Positions 11,012 through 21,510 of a stretch of DNA of 64,000 nucleotides are shown here, in pieces. Source of the stretch: Escherichia phage CLB_P2. A program made the position numbers and the translations under genes. Within the stretch, counting starts at the first letter, position 1, and each line of letters begins with the position of its first letter. The DNA lies in the sequence record OL770107. The stretch is one strand, 5' to 3'. A model generated the notes under the pieces. The model was given only the letters and a program-made list of their open reading frames with translations, had not been told where the DNA came from and ran no database searches.

Positions 11012-12754
11012 TTAGCCAATGTCAATCCTCGAACCATCAATAGTATATTGACCGGATGCAATAGAACTCATAGTCGACATAGTTTCAGACCAATTACCAG
11101 CAACAGTCATATCAACGTTTCCATTTACCGACCATTTAACGTTTCCATTTACTGTATAATCATGGTTACCTTCAACTAAGGTTTTTGCATCACCTTTAAC
11201 AGTTATATCAGCATTGCCTTCAACAATAACCGTAACATTTCCTTTAACAATAAGGGTTCCGTCGCCTTCTACCGTTTTGGTTTCGTTACCACGAATATGG
11301 ATGCTTTCAGAACCGTCAGTTTGACGTCGAACATTTGCCATATTATAATAGGTTTCATCACCACCTATATTGACTTTATTATTACCGCCAACATAAGTAT
11401 TAGAATCGCCTTGGGTCATATAATATCCGTCGGCTACGGTCTTAGAAGTTTTACGTCCATCAGGAGCAACTTCTTCATAACTACCTGTAGGGTGAATTAA
11501 TCGGTAACGTTCTTGCCCTGGTGTGTTATCGAATTCTTGGATATGCCCGCCTTCAGTTTGCATGGTTTGGACATATGGATATTCGCCTTTATAACTGGAA
11601 TCCGGCTCTTTAAAAAGAATCCTTGTATCTTCTGGAGTCCATGGGTCGGCTGGGTCTGAATTTGTAGGGGCTGCAAAGGTTTGAATCATCCTATAAGAAC
11701 GGCCATTAAATTCTCTTTCTTTAGGGGCCATAATACCGTATGATTCCATATTACCGGTAAGGATAATCATTGATACCCTTGAGGCACGTCCCTTAGTTTG
11801 GTTAAACCATACTGAATTACGAGCTTCCTCAAATGCCTTTTTATAATCGCCTATTAACATAGCACTGAGCATACCACGGAATTTAGCAAGTCCACCTAAA
11901 CCCATTTGGAAAGCCATGTTTTCAAGGGCCATTTGTCTTGAACGGTTTTCTTTATTGTAAACAGGACCTACAACACTATGCCTACCTATATCGTTTTGAA
12001 CTTTTTTAAGGTCTTCCTGGAATAACTTAGAAGCCTCGTCCATTGATATTGCACCTGGATTACCTTTAACTTCTCGACCTATTTGATTAGATAATATTTT
12101 GTTTATCTGGGTCATATCTCTAATAGGTTGTGGTGTAATAAGGTGACCTATACCAATAGTAGGATATCCTTCGGTGTCCCAATATACCTTCAGTCTAAGC
12201 CCTTCATCACGATGAAGCATGTTTTCTATTGTGAAATTAGGATTATCATCAGGCTTAACTTGGCTTAAATCCAAACCGTCAGGATTAATACCTACATCAG
12301 TGTTTGCATCTTGTATTACGTTAGAAGTGGCATCATATCCAACTTCACCACCTCGGTTTAGTGCAGCGGCATCATTACCTAAATAAAGCGGATACTGCCC
12401 TGTAGGGTCACTAAAACCTTCGTTTGGATTTGCCTTTTGTTTTGATGCTGAACCGTATGTACCGAGGACGAGCCCGTTTAATTTCCACTTATCAAGAAAA
12501 TGGCCATAAACTTGTGTACCAGGGACCATACCAGTCATGGCGGTTTGGATACCGGAAACAGAGGCAGAAGATGTAGGCATTAATACCGACATCCATGGTA
12601 AATCTTCCGTACGAAGGCCTTTTACAGGGCCCTGTACTTTTTCATACGGGTGCATACCCCATACGCGTACGCGTACACGACCTTGTTGGAGTGGGTCCAT
12701 TCGGTCTTCAACTACACCGACGAACCAACTTACGTTATCAGACATGTTAATCAT
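11012..12754 (-). CDS. 5: baseplate hub subunit and tail lysozyme gp5
   Basis: 580 aa (T4 gp5 575 aa); lysozyme-domain motif YWDTEGYPTIGIGHLI; C-terminal beta-helix repeats (VxGxxxxxV pattern). Confidence 0.9.
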   Translation of the reverse strand: MINMSDNVSWFVGVVEDRMDPLQQGRVRVRVWGMHPYEKVQGPVKGLRTEDLPWMSVLMPTSSASVSGIQTAMTGMVPGTQVYGHFLDKWKLNGLVLGTYGSASKQKANPNEGFSDPTGQYPLYLGNDAAALNRGGEVGYDATSNVIQDANTDVGINPDGLDLSQVKPDDNPNFTIENMLHRDEGLRLKVYWDTEGYPTIGIGHLITPQPIRDMTQINKILSNQIGREVKGNPGAISMDEASKLFQEDLKKVQNDIGRHSVVGPVYNKENRSRQMALENMAFQMGLGGLAKFRGMLSAMLIGDYKKAFEEARNSVWFNQTKGRASRVSMIILTGNMESYGIMAPKEREFNGRSYRMIQTFAAPTNSDPADPWTPEDTRILFKEPDSSYKGEYPYVQTMQTEGGHIQEFDNTPGQERYRLIHPTGSYEEVAPDGRKTSKTVADGYYMTQGDSNTYVGGNNKVNIGGDETYYNMANVRRQTDGSESIHIRGNETKTVEGDGTLIVKGNVTVIVEGNADITVKGDAKTLVEGNHDYTVNGNVKWSVNGNVDMTVAGNWSETMSTMSSIASGQYTIDGSRIDIG

Positions 12755-13356
12755 TAGAGGGCTTTCTCCATTTCACGAATAAGGGCAGAAATAAAAGACT
12801 CAATATCATTAGGGTCAATAATCTTTATTTCGCGCTTATATTCATTTTTACGAATGGCATCCTCGTAAATATCTACTGCGGCCAAAGGGCCCTCATATTG
12901 AGGATAACGTTTTTCTGTATCGCCTTTATCATACCAAGTATACGGATTTTCTGGTGTGTTGACAAGATTCCAGAATTTCTCACCTTTTTCGTTTACATGG
13001 TAAAGGACCTGGTTTCCGCCGTCGGTAGAATATCTTTGGATTGCCGCTTGATATGCTGCTTCTTGCCCAGTAATCCATCCATAATAAGGGTCATATATAT
13101 TGTTGCACATAAGTAGAACCCAATATAATTGGACATTGCCATAAAGAAGATGGGCCAATTCTTCTGGACGAGGGGCTCCATTGATATAATAAGTCTTTAG
13201 TGTATAATTTTTAGCCACTTTATCAAAATATTCTTTATAATTTCTAAATATATCAGTCATCGGCACGCTCAATACATCGGCATTTGTTAATGAGCCCGAA
13301 TCCGGTTTGACTGTTTTTGATTCGTAATCGATAGGATCGAAAAATGAGAAGAGCAT
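12754..13356 (-). CDS. 53: baseplate wedge subunit gp53
   Basis: 200 aa (T4 gp53 about 196 aa); divergent from gp4; late promoter upstream. Confidence 0.75.
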   Translation of the reverse strand: MLFSFFDPIDYESKTVKPDSGSLTNADVLSVPMTDIFRNYKEYFDKVAKNYTLKTYYINGAPRPEELAHLLYGNVQLYWVLLMCNNIYDPYYGWITGQEAAYQAAIQRYSTDGGNQVLYHVNEKGEKFWNLVNTPENPYTWYDKGDTEKRYPQYEGPLAAVDIYEDAIRKNEYKREIKIIDPNDIESFISALIREMEKAL

Positions 13357-13368
13357 AGGGCCTCCGAG

Positions 13369-13376
13369 TATAAATA
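13369..13376 (+). promoter_or_regulatory. late promoter for gene 4 (TATAAATA)
   Basis: TATAAATA 27 nt upstream of the gp4 ATG; divergent from the gene 53 late promoter. Confidence 0.55.
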
Positions 13377-13383
13377 ATATTAA

Positions 13384-13391
13384 TATTTATA
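13384..13391 (-). promoter_or_regulatory. late promoter for gene 53 (TATAAATA)
   Basis: Reverse complement of tatttata lies 28 nt upstream of the gp53 ATG. Confidence 0.55.
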
Positions 13392-13402
13392 AGGAGGCAA
13401 CT

Positions 13403-13852
13403 ATGGCTTACTCAGGGAAATTTAAACCTACAAACTTACAAAAATATAAAGGTGACTGGAAGAAAATCCAATATCGTTCCTCTTGGGAAGCATGGCTAAT
13501 GAGATGGCTTGATAATCATCCTAATGTAGTCCAATGGAATTCAGAAGAGGTTGTGATTCCATATTTTTGTAATGCTGAAGGAAAGAAACGTCGATATTAT
13601 ATGGACTTCTGGGTTAAGTTTGATAATGGTCAACAATTCTTTTTTGAAGTCAAACCTTTTAAAGAGACCCATCCTCCAGCGATTCCAGTAAAAATGACCA
13701 CTGCCGCTAAAAAGAGATATATCAACGAACATTATACTTGGTCTGTGAATAGTGACAAGTGGAAAGCCGCTAAAGCTACCGCAGATAAAATGGGCATCAA
13801 CTTTAGATTGATTACCGAACATTCACTGAAAAAATTAGGATGGAAAGGATGA
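13403..13852 (+). CDS. 4: head completion protein gp4
   Basis: 149 aa; [26 protein letters not shown] matches T4 gp4 as recalled. Confidence 0.8.
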   Translation: MAYSGKFKPTNLQKYKGDWKKIQYRSSWEAWLMRWLDNHPNVVQWNSEEVVIPYFCNAEGKKRRYYMDFWVKFDNGQQFFFEVKPFKETHPPAIPVKMTTAAKKRYINEHYTWSVNSDKWKAAKATADKMGINFRLITEHSLKKLGWKG

Positions 13853-14676
13853 GTATATTTTCCTACATCAATGAGGCCACTGAAACCACAAAAGGTTCTA
13901 AGCCTACTCGTTCAGAGCAACAATGGATAGCTTTAGGTGTTGAATATGCCAAAGCTAAGGCCAAAGGTGTCTCGTCTAAGAAATTCGCTGAAGATAAAGG
14001 CATTAAGTATTCTAGCTTTACATCTGCGATGTCTCGATACTCGAGTCGAATTAAAACTGCCGTACAGGTCGAAAAACTTCAGAAGAAACCTGGCAATAAA
14101 TTGACCAAAGCCGAACGTCAATTAATTTTGGTGAATAGTTTTAGAAAGAGTATTCGTGATAAGATTGCTAACGAAGGCGCTGCTGTAAACAATAAATCAG
14201 CTAAATGGTTTACAGAAACATTAAAGAAAGGAATTCGTGGACACCAGGTATCTAAACCATCTCCTGGTAAGCTTTATGCTTATATCTATGATGCTAAACA
14301 CAAGGACACATTACCCTACTGGGACAAATATCCTTTAATCATTTATCTTGGGCTAGGTAAGCATAATCTGATGTATGGATTGAACCTACACTATATTCCG
14401 CCTAAAGCACGCCAACAATTTCTAGAAGAATTGCTGAAGCAATACGCGAGTACGCCTACCATTACGAACTCTACCAAATTAAAAATTGATTGGAGTAAGG
14501 TAAAAGGATTTGCTGGTGCTGACGCGATGATTAAGGCTTATATCCCTGGAAATATCAAGGGACCTTTAGTAGAGATAAAACCTTCTGATTGGGCTAATGT
14601 CGTAATGATGCCTCTCCAGCAGTTCATGTCTAAAGGTAAGCGTTACTCAGCTCAGAAAGTATGGAAGAACGCATAA
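13840..14676 (+). CDS. 2: DNA end protector protein gp2
   Basis: 278 aa (T4 gp2 about 274 aa); synteny 4-2-3-1. Confidence 0.7.
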   Translation: MERMSIFSYINEATETTKGSKPTRSEQQWIALGVEYAKAKAKGVSSKKFAEDKGIKYSSFTSAMSRYSSRIKTAVQVEKLQKKPGNKLTKAERQLILVNSFRKSIRDKIANEGAAVNNKSAKWFTETLKKGIRGHQVSKPSPGKLYAYIYDAKHKDTLPYWDKYPLIIYLGLGKHNLMYGLNLHYIPPKARQQFLEELLKQYASTPTITNSTKLKIDWSKVKGFAGADAMIKAYIPGNIKGPLVEIKPSDWANVVMMPLQQFMSKGKRYSAQKVWKNA

Positions 14677-14758
14677 TCTATTATCCCAGCCAGTTATTGA
14701 ATGGAATAGACCTAGGACCATTATACACTGTCTGGGACTTAAGCAATATAGGAATCCT

Positions 14759-15349
14759 ATGAACGGTTTATTTAACCAAACTAACACTACCAACTTTATC
14801 TTAGAGGTTAGTGACTCAGGAATGACGCAGTCATTCAAATTGAACGTACAAGATGTAACACTACCGGGTATCCATATTCCTATCTCAGACGTCCCCGGAT
14901 CGACCCAGGGCATACATCGTGCTAAGCTGCCAGGTTCTACAGTAGAATTCGACCCCTTGATTGTAAACTTTCTTGTAGACCGTGAGCTGAAATCATGGAT
15001 GGACGTTTATAAATGGATGCTATCATTAAACAACTATGTAACACATGAATCCGAAGCCTGGCATCCTAAAGGCTTGCCTGAAGCGATTACCCTCCATATC
15101 CTTGATAACAACAAACAGAAAATCGTAATGAGCATTCATTACTACGGCGGTTGGCCATCCGACTTATCGGAAATCCAATACTCGTATAAAGAAGATTCTG
15201 ACCCTGCTATAATCGCTACGGCAACATTCAACTTCAAGTCGTTTGCTGTAGAAATAGATGGTACAATAGTTACAGGTCGTCCACAAATTGATTCGTATGC
15301 CGAACAACGTGTGGCTCGTATGTCTATGCATCCATCTATGAGAAAATAA
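14759..15349 (+). CDS. 3: tail completion and sheath stabiliser gp3
   Basis: 196 aa; synteny between gp2 and gp1; SD AGGA before ATG. Confidence 0.6.
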   Translation: MNGLFNQTNTTNFILEVSDSGMTQSFKLNVQDVTLPGIHIPISDVPGSTQGIHRAKLPGSTVEFDPLIVNFLVDRELKSWMDVYKWMLSLNNYVTHESEAWHPKGLPEAITLHILDNNKQKIVMSIHYYGGWPSDLSEIQYSYKEDSDPAIIATATFNFKSFAVEIDGTIVTGRPQIDSYAEQRVARMSMHPSMRK

Positions 15350-16102
15350 TGAAACTAATATCAATTGTAGGAATCAAACGTAGCGGTAAGGATACCGTTG
15401 CTAACTATGTAATTGAGAATATGGATTCCATAAAATTCCAACTCGCTGGTCCTATTAAAAAGTATCTGGCTGAAGCTTATGAATACATATCTGATGACCC
15501 TGTATTCGACCGTAGCTATATGCCTAAATTAGATTTTAATTGTTTTGAAGGTATCGGTTATGACCGTGAAGAAATAATTCCTTTAAAACCGTATGATGTG
15601 GTTGATATTTTTGAACATGCTATTGTTAAGCTGAATAATATCCTTCCTATTCCAGGAATTGATGTTCGTATCGCATATCATTATGGTCTTACCCCGGTCC
15701 AGTATCTGTCTGAAGAAACAAAAGACCAGCTATTTGAAGTAATAAATAAAAATAACAATTGGTCAGTACGTCGTCTCATGCAGACCCTTGGGACTGATAT
15801 TATTGTTAACCAATTTGATAAGATGTATTGGGTTAAGTTGTTCGCTTTAGACTATTTTGATAAAATATACTCTGATGCGAAATACTATGTCGTACCTGAT
15901 GTTCGTCAAACACACGAAATTGATTCGCTCAGAGCGATGGGTGCTACGATTATTCATGTAGTTCGCGCTGAAACCGGTCAAGTACAAGACTCGCACATCA
16001 CTGAAGCGGGTCTACCAATTTTACCTGGTGACGTTGTTATTGAAAATAACGGCACTCTTTCTGAACTATACACTACTATTGATAAATTATTAGGAAATAA
16101 AA

Positions 16103-16110
<8 letters not shown>
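15349..16110 (+). CDS. 1: deoxynucleoside monophosphate kinase gp1
   Basis: 253 aa; P-loop GIKRSGKDT near the N-terminus; synteny before 57A. Confidence 0.75.
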
Positions 16111-16994
<884 letters not shown>

Positions 16995-17003
16995 TTTAAA
17001 AAT

Positions 17004-17045
17004 GTTTTACAAAGGGCCTTAGTGATGATACTATAGGCCTATCAA
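17004..17045 (+). promoter_or_regulatory. early promoter / stem-loop cassette (PeSL-like)
   Basis: GTTTTAC -35-like element, about 18-nt spacer, TACTAT -10; inverted repeat flanks the -10. Confidence 0.45.
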
Positions 17046-17072
17046 AAACAAACTAACCAAATGGAAATCAAA

Positions 17073-17351
17073 ATGAAAACTTATCAAGAATTTAGTAAAT
17101 CTCAAAAAGTGGCTCCTATCAATGAAGCCAGTGTTATGAGTGAAGTTATAGCCCTAAACAAAGGCCGTGAAGGTAAACCGGTTATCGGTCTTAATGGTGA
17201 TGAACTTAAAGGTACTGTTTATCTGGGCGACGGTTACCATGCTAAAAAAGACGGTGGGAGCATTGTTATTTCCCCGGCTCAAGAATCTTCTGTAATGAAA
17301 ACCGTTTACATCGCCACCAAGCACTTTGATATTTTGAAAAAAGCACTTTAA
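17073..17351 (+). CDS. ipI: internal head protein, ipI-locus type
   Basis: Starts MKTYQEF (T4 internal-protein capsid-targeting leader); 92 aa; located between 57B and the tRNA cluster as ipI is in T4. Confidence 0.6.
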   Translation: MKTYQEFSKSQKVAPINEASVMSEVIALNKGREGKPVIGLNGDELKGTVYLGDGYHAKKDGGSIVISPAQESSVMKTVYIATKHFDILKKAL

Positions 17352-17356
17352 AGTTA

Positions 17357-17396
17357 TTTACAACGGGCTCTAGTGATGATACTATAGCCCTATCAA
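17357..17396 (+). promoter_or_regulatory. early promoter / stem-loop cassette (PeSL-like)
   Basis: TTTACA -35, GATACTAT -10, inverted repeat gggct/agccc around the -10; conserved leader GAGTGATTGGAGAATAAAATG. Confidence 0.5.
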
Positions 17397-17421
17397 AACA
17401 AATGAGTGATTGGAGAATAAA

Positions 17422-17607
17422 ATGAAACGTTGTGAATTAATTAGAAATGTTACTGCACTGGCCGCCGTTACTGCTTTTGGCTTTAGTATGTTTGCAGGAT
17501 TCATGTTGGATTTGCTTACAACTTCCGAGAATACAATCTCTTTAGTAGTGGCATTCTTAATTGGTTCAATCTCTTTTGTTATGGATAAAATCTCTAAAGG
17601 TGAATAA
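17422..17607 (+). CDS. small membrane protein
   Basis: ATG after conserved leader GGAGAATAAA; two hydrophobic segments. Confidence 0.4.
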   Translation: MKRCELIRNVTALAAVTAFGFSMFAGFMLDLLTTSENTISLVVAFLIGSISFVMDKISKGE

Positions 17608-18008
17608 TGAACGTTGAATATTATGTATATGCGGATTACGAAAATAATCCGTCTAAAGATGAAGATAATCGTTTAGGTGTAGATGCTTTCGATTCCCCTG
17701 CTGCGGCATGGCAATGGGTTGAAAGTACTGATATTCCTTACCGTTATATTGAAGTGGTAGACCATGCAGGAAACAAGTATCCTAAGGAAGCATATGTTCC
17801 TTCCGGAAAGGTAAATTTCCTTTTGTTCGCAGGTGATAATTATTATCCACGTGGTGGGTATACCGATTTAATCGCTAAAGCATTCTCTGAAGATGAACTG
17901 CGCGATATCATTAAAGAAAATGAGAATAAACCTCTTTATGGTTTCGATCGTTTTGACTGGTGGCAGATTGTTAATGCCAATACCCACACTATTGTAGACG
18001 AGGGTTAA
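17607..18008 (+). CDS. hypothetical protein
   Basis: 133 aa ORF, ATGA overlap with upstream gene; no recognisable motif. Confidence 0.45.
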   Translation: MNVEYYVYADYENNPSKDEDNRLGVDAFDSPAAAWQWVESTDIPYRYIEVVDHAGNKYPKEAYVPSGKVNFLLFAGDNYYPRGGYTDLIAKAFSEDELRDIIKENENKPLYGFDRFDWWQIVNANTHTIVDEG

Positions 18009-18299
18009 ATGTTATACGTTAAGGTTACTAATCCAGAGAATGGCTATAAATCCGATCAGGTTGCTGCTGAGCTGTTGATTCGAAATTACGGCAAAGATGC
18101 TGTGCTTAATGTTCAACAGGTTAATATTGGCCGTAGTTCAAGCGATGTTAAACTCAAAGTTAACGGCCAACGCTATAATTCTGTTAACTTTACTTTTTAT
18201 ACTGCAACTGAAAACGGACTGGTCGAATACGACATCTTTAAAAATCCTTTGAAGATTGCTTCTATTAAACTTGATTATATTAATATGTGGCCGCAATGA
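18009..18299 (+). CDS. hypothetical protein
   Basis: 96 aa ORF starting 1 nt after the upstream stop. Confidence 0.45.
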   Translation: MLYVKVTNPENGYKSDQVAAELLIRNYGKDAVLNVQQVNIGRSSSDVKLKVNGQRYNSVNFTFYTATENGLVEYDIFKNPLKIASIKLDYINMWPQ

Positions 18300-18772
18300 A
18301 TATTAAATTTGGACAAGTTATTCCTAAAGGGTATGTTCTTGAAATCGAAACCTGGGAAAATGATGGCGATAACTATAAAACCCAGACTATATTTGGCGTA
18401 GAAGAACACGAAATCCAACAGTACAAATATATCTTAGAACTTTTCCATGGTTCGCATTGCAACAGCCCGGATAAATGTGGTAATTCGGAATGGGACGTAG
18501 TTAAGCACTTGGTTATTGCCCACATTGAATCAGGTGTAAAATCAGGTCAGTTGACTCCTGAATTTTTAGATAAAGTCCTTGGTATCCAAGACTTAGAAGC
18601 TTTGCTGAATGACGATGAAGAAGAATACTACTTGAATGAAGCCCTTACTGAACTCCTCGGTATGGCTTGTGAATATGATGGCGATTTTATCCGTGTAATT
18701 TCTTATGTCAAGCTGTATATCATTGAAGAAGAAATTAAAATTCCTGATGTGAAAGCACTTGATATGCTTTAA
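18296..18772 (+). CDS. hypothetical protein
   Basis: ATG at 18296 overlapping upstream TGA (ATGA); 158 aa; acidic C-terminal half. Confidence 0.45.
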   Translation: MNIKFGQVIPKGYVLEIETWENDGDNYKTQTIFGVEEHEIQQYKYILELFHGSHCNSPDKCGNSEWDVVKHLVIAHIESGVKSGQLTPEFLDKVLGIQDLEALLNDDEEEYYLNEALTELLGMACEYDGDFIRVISYVKLYIIEEEIKIPDVKALDML

Positions 18773-18857
18773 GAATTATGTGATATTATTACTCTATCAT
18801 TAATACCCTCTATTACCAAAGGTTCTTCCCTCAAAGAGCCTTTCATAATAGAATTAA

Positions 18858-18931
18858 GGCCCTGTAGCTGGACGGTCAAGCGAGCGACTCATAATCGCTG
18901 GATGGTGGTTCGATTCCACCCAGGGCCACCA
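18858..18931 (+). tRNA. tRNA with CAT anticodon (Met, or Ile if lysidine-modified)
   Basis: 74 nt cloverleaf: 7-bp acceptor stem ggccctg/cagggcc, anticodon loop cTCATAa, T-arm ggtgg-ttcgatt-ccacc, encoded CCA. Confidence 0.75.
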
Positions 18932-18935
18932 ATTT

Positions 18936-19010
18936 GGATGTGTAGCTCAGCGGTAGAGCAGTTGACTGTTAATCAATTGGTCCATGGTTCGAATCCATGC
19001 ATGTCCGCCA
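18936..19010 (+). tRNA. tRNA-Asn (GTT)
   Basis: 75 nt: acceptor stem with two G-U pairs, anticodon loop cTGTTaa, T-arm catgg-ttcgaat-ccatg, encoded CCA. Confidence 0.7.
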
Positions 19011-19014
19011 AATA

Positions 19015-19090
19015 CGAGGCATAGCTCAGAAGGAAGAGCAAGGACCTTCTAAGTCCTGGGTCGTAGGTTCGATCCCTACTGTCTCGACCA
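19015..19090 (+). tRNA. tRNA-Arg (TCT)
   Basis: 76 nt: acceptor cgaggca/tgtctcg (one G-U), anticodon stem aggac/gtcct with loop cTTCTaa, T-arm gtagg-ttcgatc-cctac, CCA. Confidence 0.75.
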
Positions 19091-19257
19091 AACAAGAAAC
19101 CGGGTCGCTACCGGTAAGTCGTCGGACTGAAGTTCCCTGAATAAGACCCGACTTTAAGGCGTACATGAGTTCCTCTTAAAGTCCCTTATCTCACAGCTGA
19201 AACGGCGCACCGAACACTTGCCTAGCAGGTGGAACCCCGACAAGGTTACCCTAGGTT
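19091..19257 (+). ncRNA. candidate small stable RNA downstream of the tRNA cluster
   Basis: About 170 nt non-coding stretch with several local hairpins between the last tRNA and a strong terminator; no canonical T-loop; T4 encodes stable RNAs of unknown function in its tRNA region. Confidence 0.3.
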
Positions 19258-19288
19258 AAAGGCCCTTCCGAAAGGTTGGGCCTTTTTT
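19258..19288 (+). terminator. rho-independent terminator
   Basis: Stem ggccc/gggcc followed by TTTTTT. Confidence 0.6.
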
Positions 19289-19289
19289 G

Positions 19290-19297
19290 TATAAATA
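19290..19297 (+). promoter_or_regulatory. late promoter (TATAAATA)
   Basis: TATAAATA 29 nt upstream of the 19326 ATG. Confidence 0.5.
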
Positions 19298-19325
19298 GAT
19301 AAGTTAATTAACACAGGAAACAATA

Positions 19326-19949
19326 ATGAAAACTTACAATGAATTTTTGAACGAAAGCGTTCTGACTGAAGCCAGCGTGCGCATGACTAAAGATATGTGG
19401 CAAGCTGCTTATGATAAAATTTCCGGGACTAAAACCACTACCGAGTTCTTTAAAAACGTTTATGATATGTATGGTTTTGATACTAGTAACCAGAAAGAAT
19501 ATTACAAAGCTTCCAAAGCTTTTAAAGATATCGTAGCCGGTGGCGCTACTAAGCCCGCTAAACCAGCTAAAGCTCCTGTTGCTAAACCTGCAGCCCCAAC
19601 CAAAGTTGCACCACCTAAACCTGCTGCAGCGCCTAAAGCAGCGCCTGTAAAAGAAGCTCCTAAACCTAAAATCAAGTTCGACACCAGCACTATTGTTAAA
19701 AAATATAACCAACTGGCCTCTTTGGTTTCTGAAATCGAATCCGAAACTAAACATCTTGTTCGTGAATTCAACACTCTTCGTAATGGTCAACACATTAACA
19801 ACCTAGATACCCCGGACCTTTATCGTCTCTATCTGACGGTTGAAGGCCTTAAGTACACCCAGCCTATGCGCGAAGAAATTGATAACAAACTTCGTCAAGC
19901 ACGCCGACTGGCTGGTGACGCAGCTCAGTTCGAAAAGACCCGTAAATAA
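19326..19949 (+). CDS. internal-protein-like protein with capsid-targeting leader and Ala/Pro/Lys-rich linker
   Basis: N-terminus MKTYNEFLNE resembles the internal-protein leader; central PAKPAKAPVAKPAAPTKVAPPKPAAAPKAAP low-complexity basic segment; own late promoter. Confidence 0.55.
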   Translation: MKTYNEFLNESVLTEASVRMTKDMWQAAYDKISGTKTTTEFFKNVYDMYGFDTSNQKEYYKASKAFKDIVAGGATKPAKPAKAPVAKPAAPTKVAPPKPAAAPKAAPVKEAPKPKIKFDTSTIVKKYNQLASLVSEIESETKHLVREFNTLRNGQHINNLDTPDLYRLYLTVEGLKYTQPMREEIDNKLRQARRLAGDAAQFEKTRK

Positions 19950-19952
19950 TGA

Positions 19953-19976
19953 AAGGAGACTTCGGTCTCCTTTTAG
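19953..19976 (+). terminator. rho-independent terminator
   Basis: Hairpin ggagac-ttcg-gtctcc followed by TTTT. Confidence 0.55.
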
Positions 19977-20007
19977 GGGGTTTAATCTAAAAATAATTTC
20001 ACAAAGT

Positions 20008-20050
20008 TGTTTACACCTCCTTTAAACGTGATACTATAGACCTATCAAAA
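20008..20050 (+). promoter_or_regulatory. early promoter / stem-loop cassette (PeSL-like)
   Basis: GTTTAC -35, GATACTATAGACC -10 region, conserved leader ending GGAGAGTAAAATG. Confidence 0.55.
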
Positions 20051-20072
20051 CAACAGAGTGAAGGAGAGTAAA

Positions 20073-20336
20073 ATGGATAATTATGGTGAATTGTTTAATT
20101 TCTTTATGAAATGCGTTCCTGAAGAATTTGGTGCTACTGTTAACGATATTAAGGTTATAGGTGATGACCATCCCATATTTGAAACCTACGCAGTAATGGG
20201 TAATGACGATGGGCAGTGGTATACTGTAAAGGTTGTGGTTAATATGTTTGCTGCCGAAGGTTACGTCAAATTGTCTACCAAAGTTTATCACGATAACGAT
20301 TTTGATGCGGAAGATTATTTCAATAATATGAAATAA
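20073..20336 (+). CDS. hypothetical protein
   Basis: ATG 7 nt after SD AGGAG (track ORF begins at an upstream GTG); 87 aa. Confidence 0.45.
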   Translation: MDNYGELFNFFMKCVPEEFGATVNDIKVIGDDHPIFETYAVMGNDDGQWYTVKVVVNMFAAEGYVKLSTKVYHDNDFDAEDYFNNMK

Positions 20337-20338
20337 TT

Positions 20339-20376
20339 GTTTACATGGGCTCATGATTGAGATATTATGAGCCCGT
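20339..20376 (+). promoter_or_regulatory. early promoter / stem-loop cassette
   Basis: GTTTAC -35; inverted repeat gggctcat/atgagccc enclosing TATTAT -10. Confidence 0.5.
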
Positions 20377-20393
20377 AATTTGAGGAGAGCATA

Positions 20394-20792
20394 ATGAATA
20401 TCGAAGATAAAGAAATGCAAGAGTTGTATAATTCATTAACACCTGAGCAACAAAAAGCTGCCAAAGAATTAGAGAAAGCTCTTACTTTCAGCTTGGCAAA
20501 AACTGATTGGGCCGCCATGTATGAAGAAAAAAGGAGATCGGAAATTGAAGCTGTCGAGAGAAATGAATGGATTGTAGAAACCAAGATTTCTGATGGTGGT
20601 TGCTCTGTTGAGGTGTCAGCTGTGGTTAAAGGTACTCATGGTGAAAAATCACTAGGTTGGCATAATGAGGCAAACAAATATATTGTTCTCTCAACGTCAA
20701 AAACTTACGGCCAAAGGGTTCCTGTATCCAAAGCTATTATTAAGCAAGCTCAATGGGAAGCCAATGAAATTTGCCTCGCAAAAATGAAATAA
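20394..20792 (+). CDS. hypothetical protein
   Basis: 132 aa ORF with SD GAGGAG upstream. Confidence 0.5.
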   Translation: MNIEDKEMQELYNSLTPEQQKAAKELEKALTFSLAKTDWAAMYEEKRRSEIEAVERNEWIVETKISDGGCSVEVSAVVKGTHGEKSLGWHNEANKYIVLSTSKTYGQRVPVSKAIIKQAQWEANEICLAKMK

Positions 20793-20795
20793 AAT

Positions 20796-20835
20796 GTTTA
20801 CAACCCTCAGAGGACAGGGTATAATGTCCTCATGG
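20796..20835 (+). promoter_or_regulatory. early promoter / stem-loop cassette
   Basis: GTTTAC -35, TATAAT -10 inside inverted repeat gaggaca/tgtcctc. Confidence 0.55.
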
Positions 20836-20868
20836 ATTACAAAATACCAACCTACTGAAGGAAATACT

Positions 20869-21462
20869 ATGAATACTTTAAAGAAAATTGTTGAATTCAT
20901 CCGTTCTAAACTGGGTACCGCGATGACTCAGAACCTGTCAATCGAAGACCAGTATACTAAAGCTGCTTCTACCCTGATTGATAAAATTACTGAACTCCAG
21001 ACTGCTCATGTTAAGTCGGTGAATGAAGAAAAACGTATTCGTGAACTTGCTAACGAAAAAGACCAGCTCGCTGCTTCTAAAGAACGTGAAATTCGTAAAC
21101 TGATTAAAGAAGGCGCCGATGTCCAGGTGCATGCTAAACTTGGCCTCCTTTATCGTCGTACCGCTAATCAACTTCGTAAGAAAGCAGACGATTATATCGA
21201 AATGCGTAATGAAATTAAACTGAAGGTCAAGGAACTTGATGACTCTCGTCAAGAACTGGCTGTTAAGCTCGAGTACATCCGTGAAACTCGTAATATGGCT
21301 GCCCTTGGTATTGCTACTGCCGATGATGTGGTTGAAATCGCTGCACTGACTAAGATTGATATTGAAGATACCCTGCTGCGTGTAGAAACGTTTAAAGGCC
21401 CACAAGTTGGAATGGATACGACTTCAGCCGATATCGAAGACTACATTAATTCACTTAAGTAA
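20869..21462 (+). CDS. coiled-coil protein, PspA/IM30-like (tentative)
   Basis: 197 aa, heptad-rich helical sequence with charge pattern reminiscent of PspA/Vipp1; start at ATG after SD AAGGA. Confidence 0.35.
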   Translation: MNTLKKIVEFIRSKLGTAMTQNLSIEDQYTKAASTLIDKITELQTAHVKSVNEEKRIRELANEKDQLAASKEREIRKLIKEGADVQVHAKLGLLYRRTANQLRKKADDYIEMRNEIKLKVKELDDSRQELAVKLEYIRETRNMAALGIATADDVVEIAALTKIDIEDTLLRVETFKGPQVGMDTTSADIEDYINSLK

Positions 21463-21467
21463 TATTA

Positions 21468-21492
21468 CCGGGAGACTTCGGTCTCCCTATTT
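21468..21492 (+). terminator. rho-independent terminator (weak U-tract)
   Basis: Hairpin gggagac-ttcg-gtctccc followed by TATTT. Confidence 0.45.
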
Positions 21493-21510
21493 GGAGGAGA
21501 GGAGAATATT

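Noticed and set aside
19091-19257. A fourth tRNA downstream of tRNA-Arg
   Set aside because: No T-loop (GTTCRANYC) or acceptor stem pairing could be found.
19308-19793. Minus-strand ORFs opposite the Ala/Pro/Lys-rich internal-protein-like gene (19308-19793 and 19502-19774)
   Set aside because: They are low-complexity mirror images of the GC-rich repeat-like coding segment on the plus strand, which has the leader, SD and late promoter.
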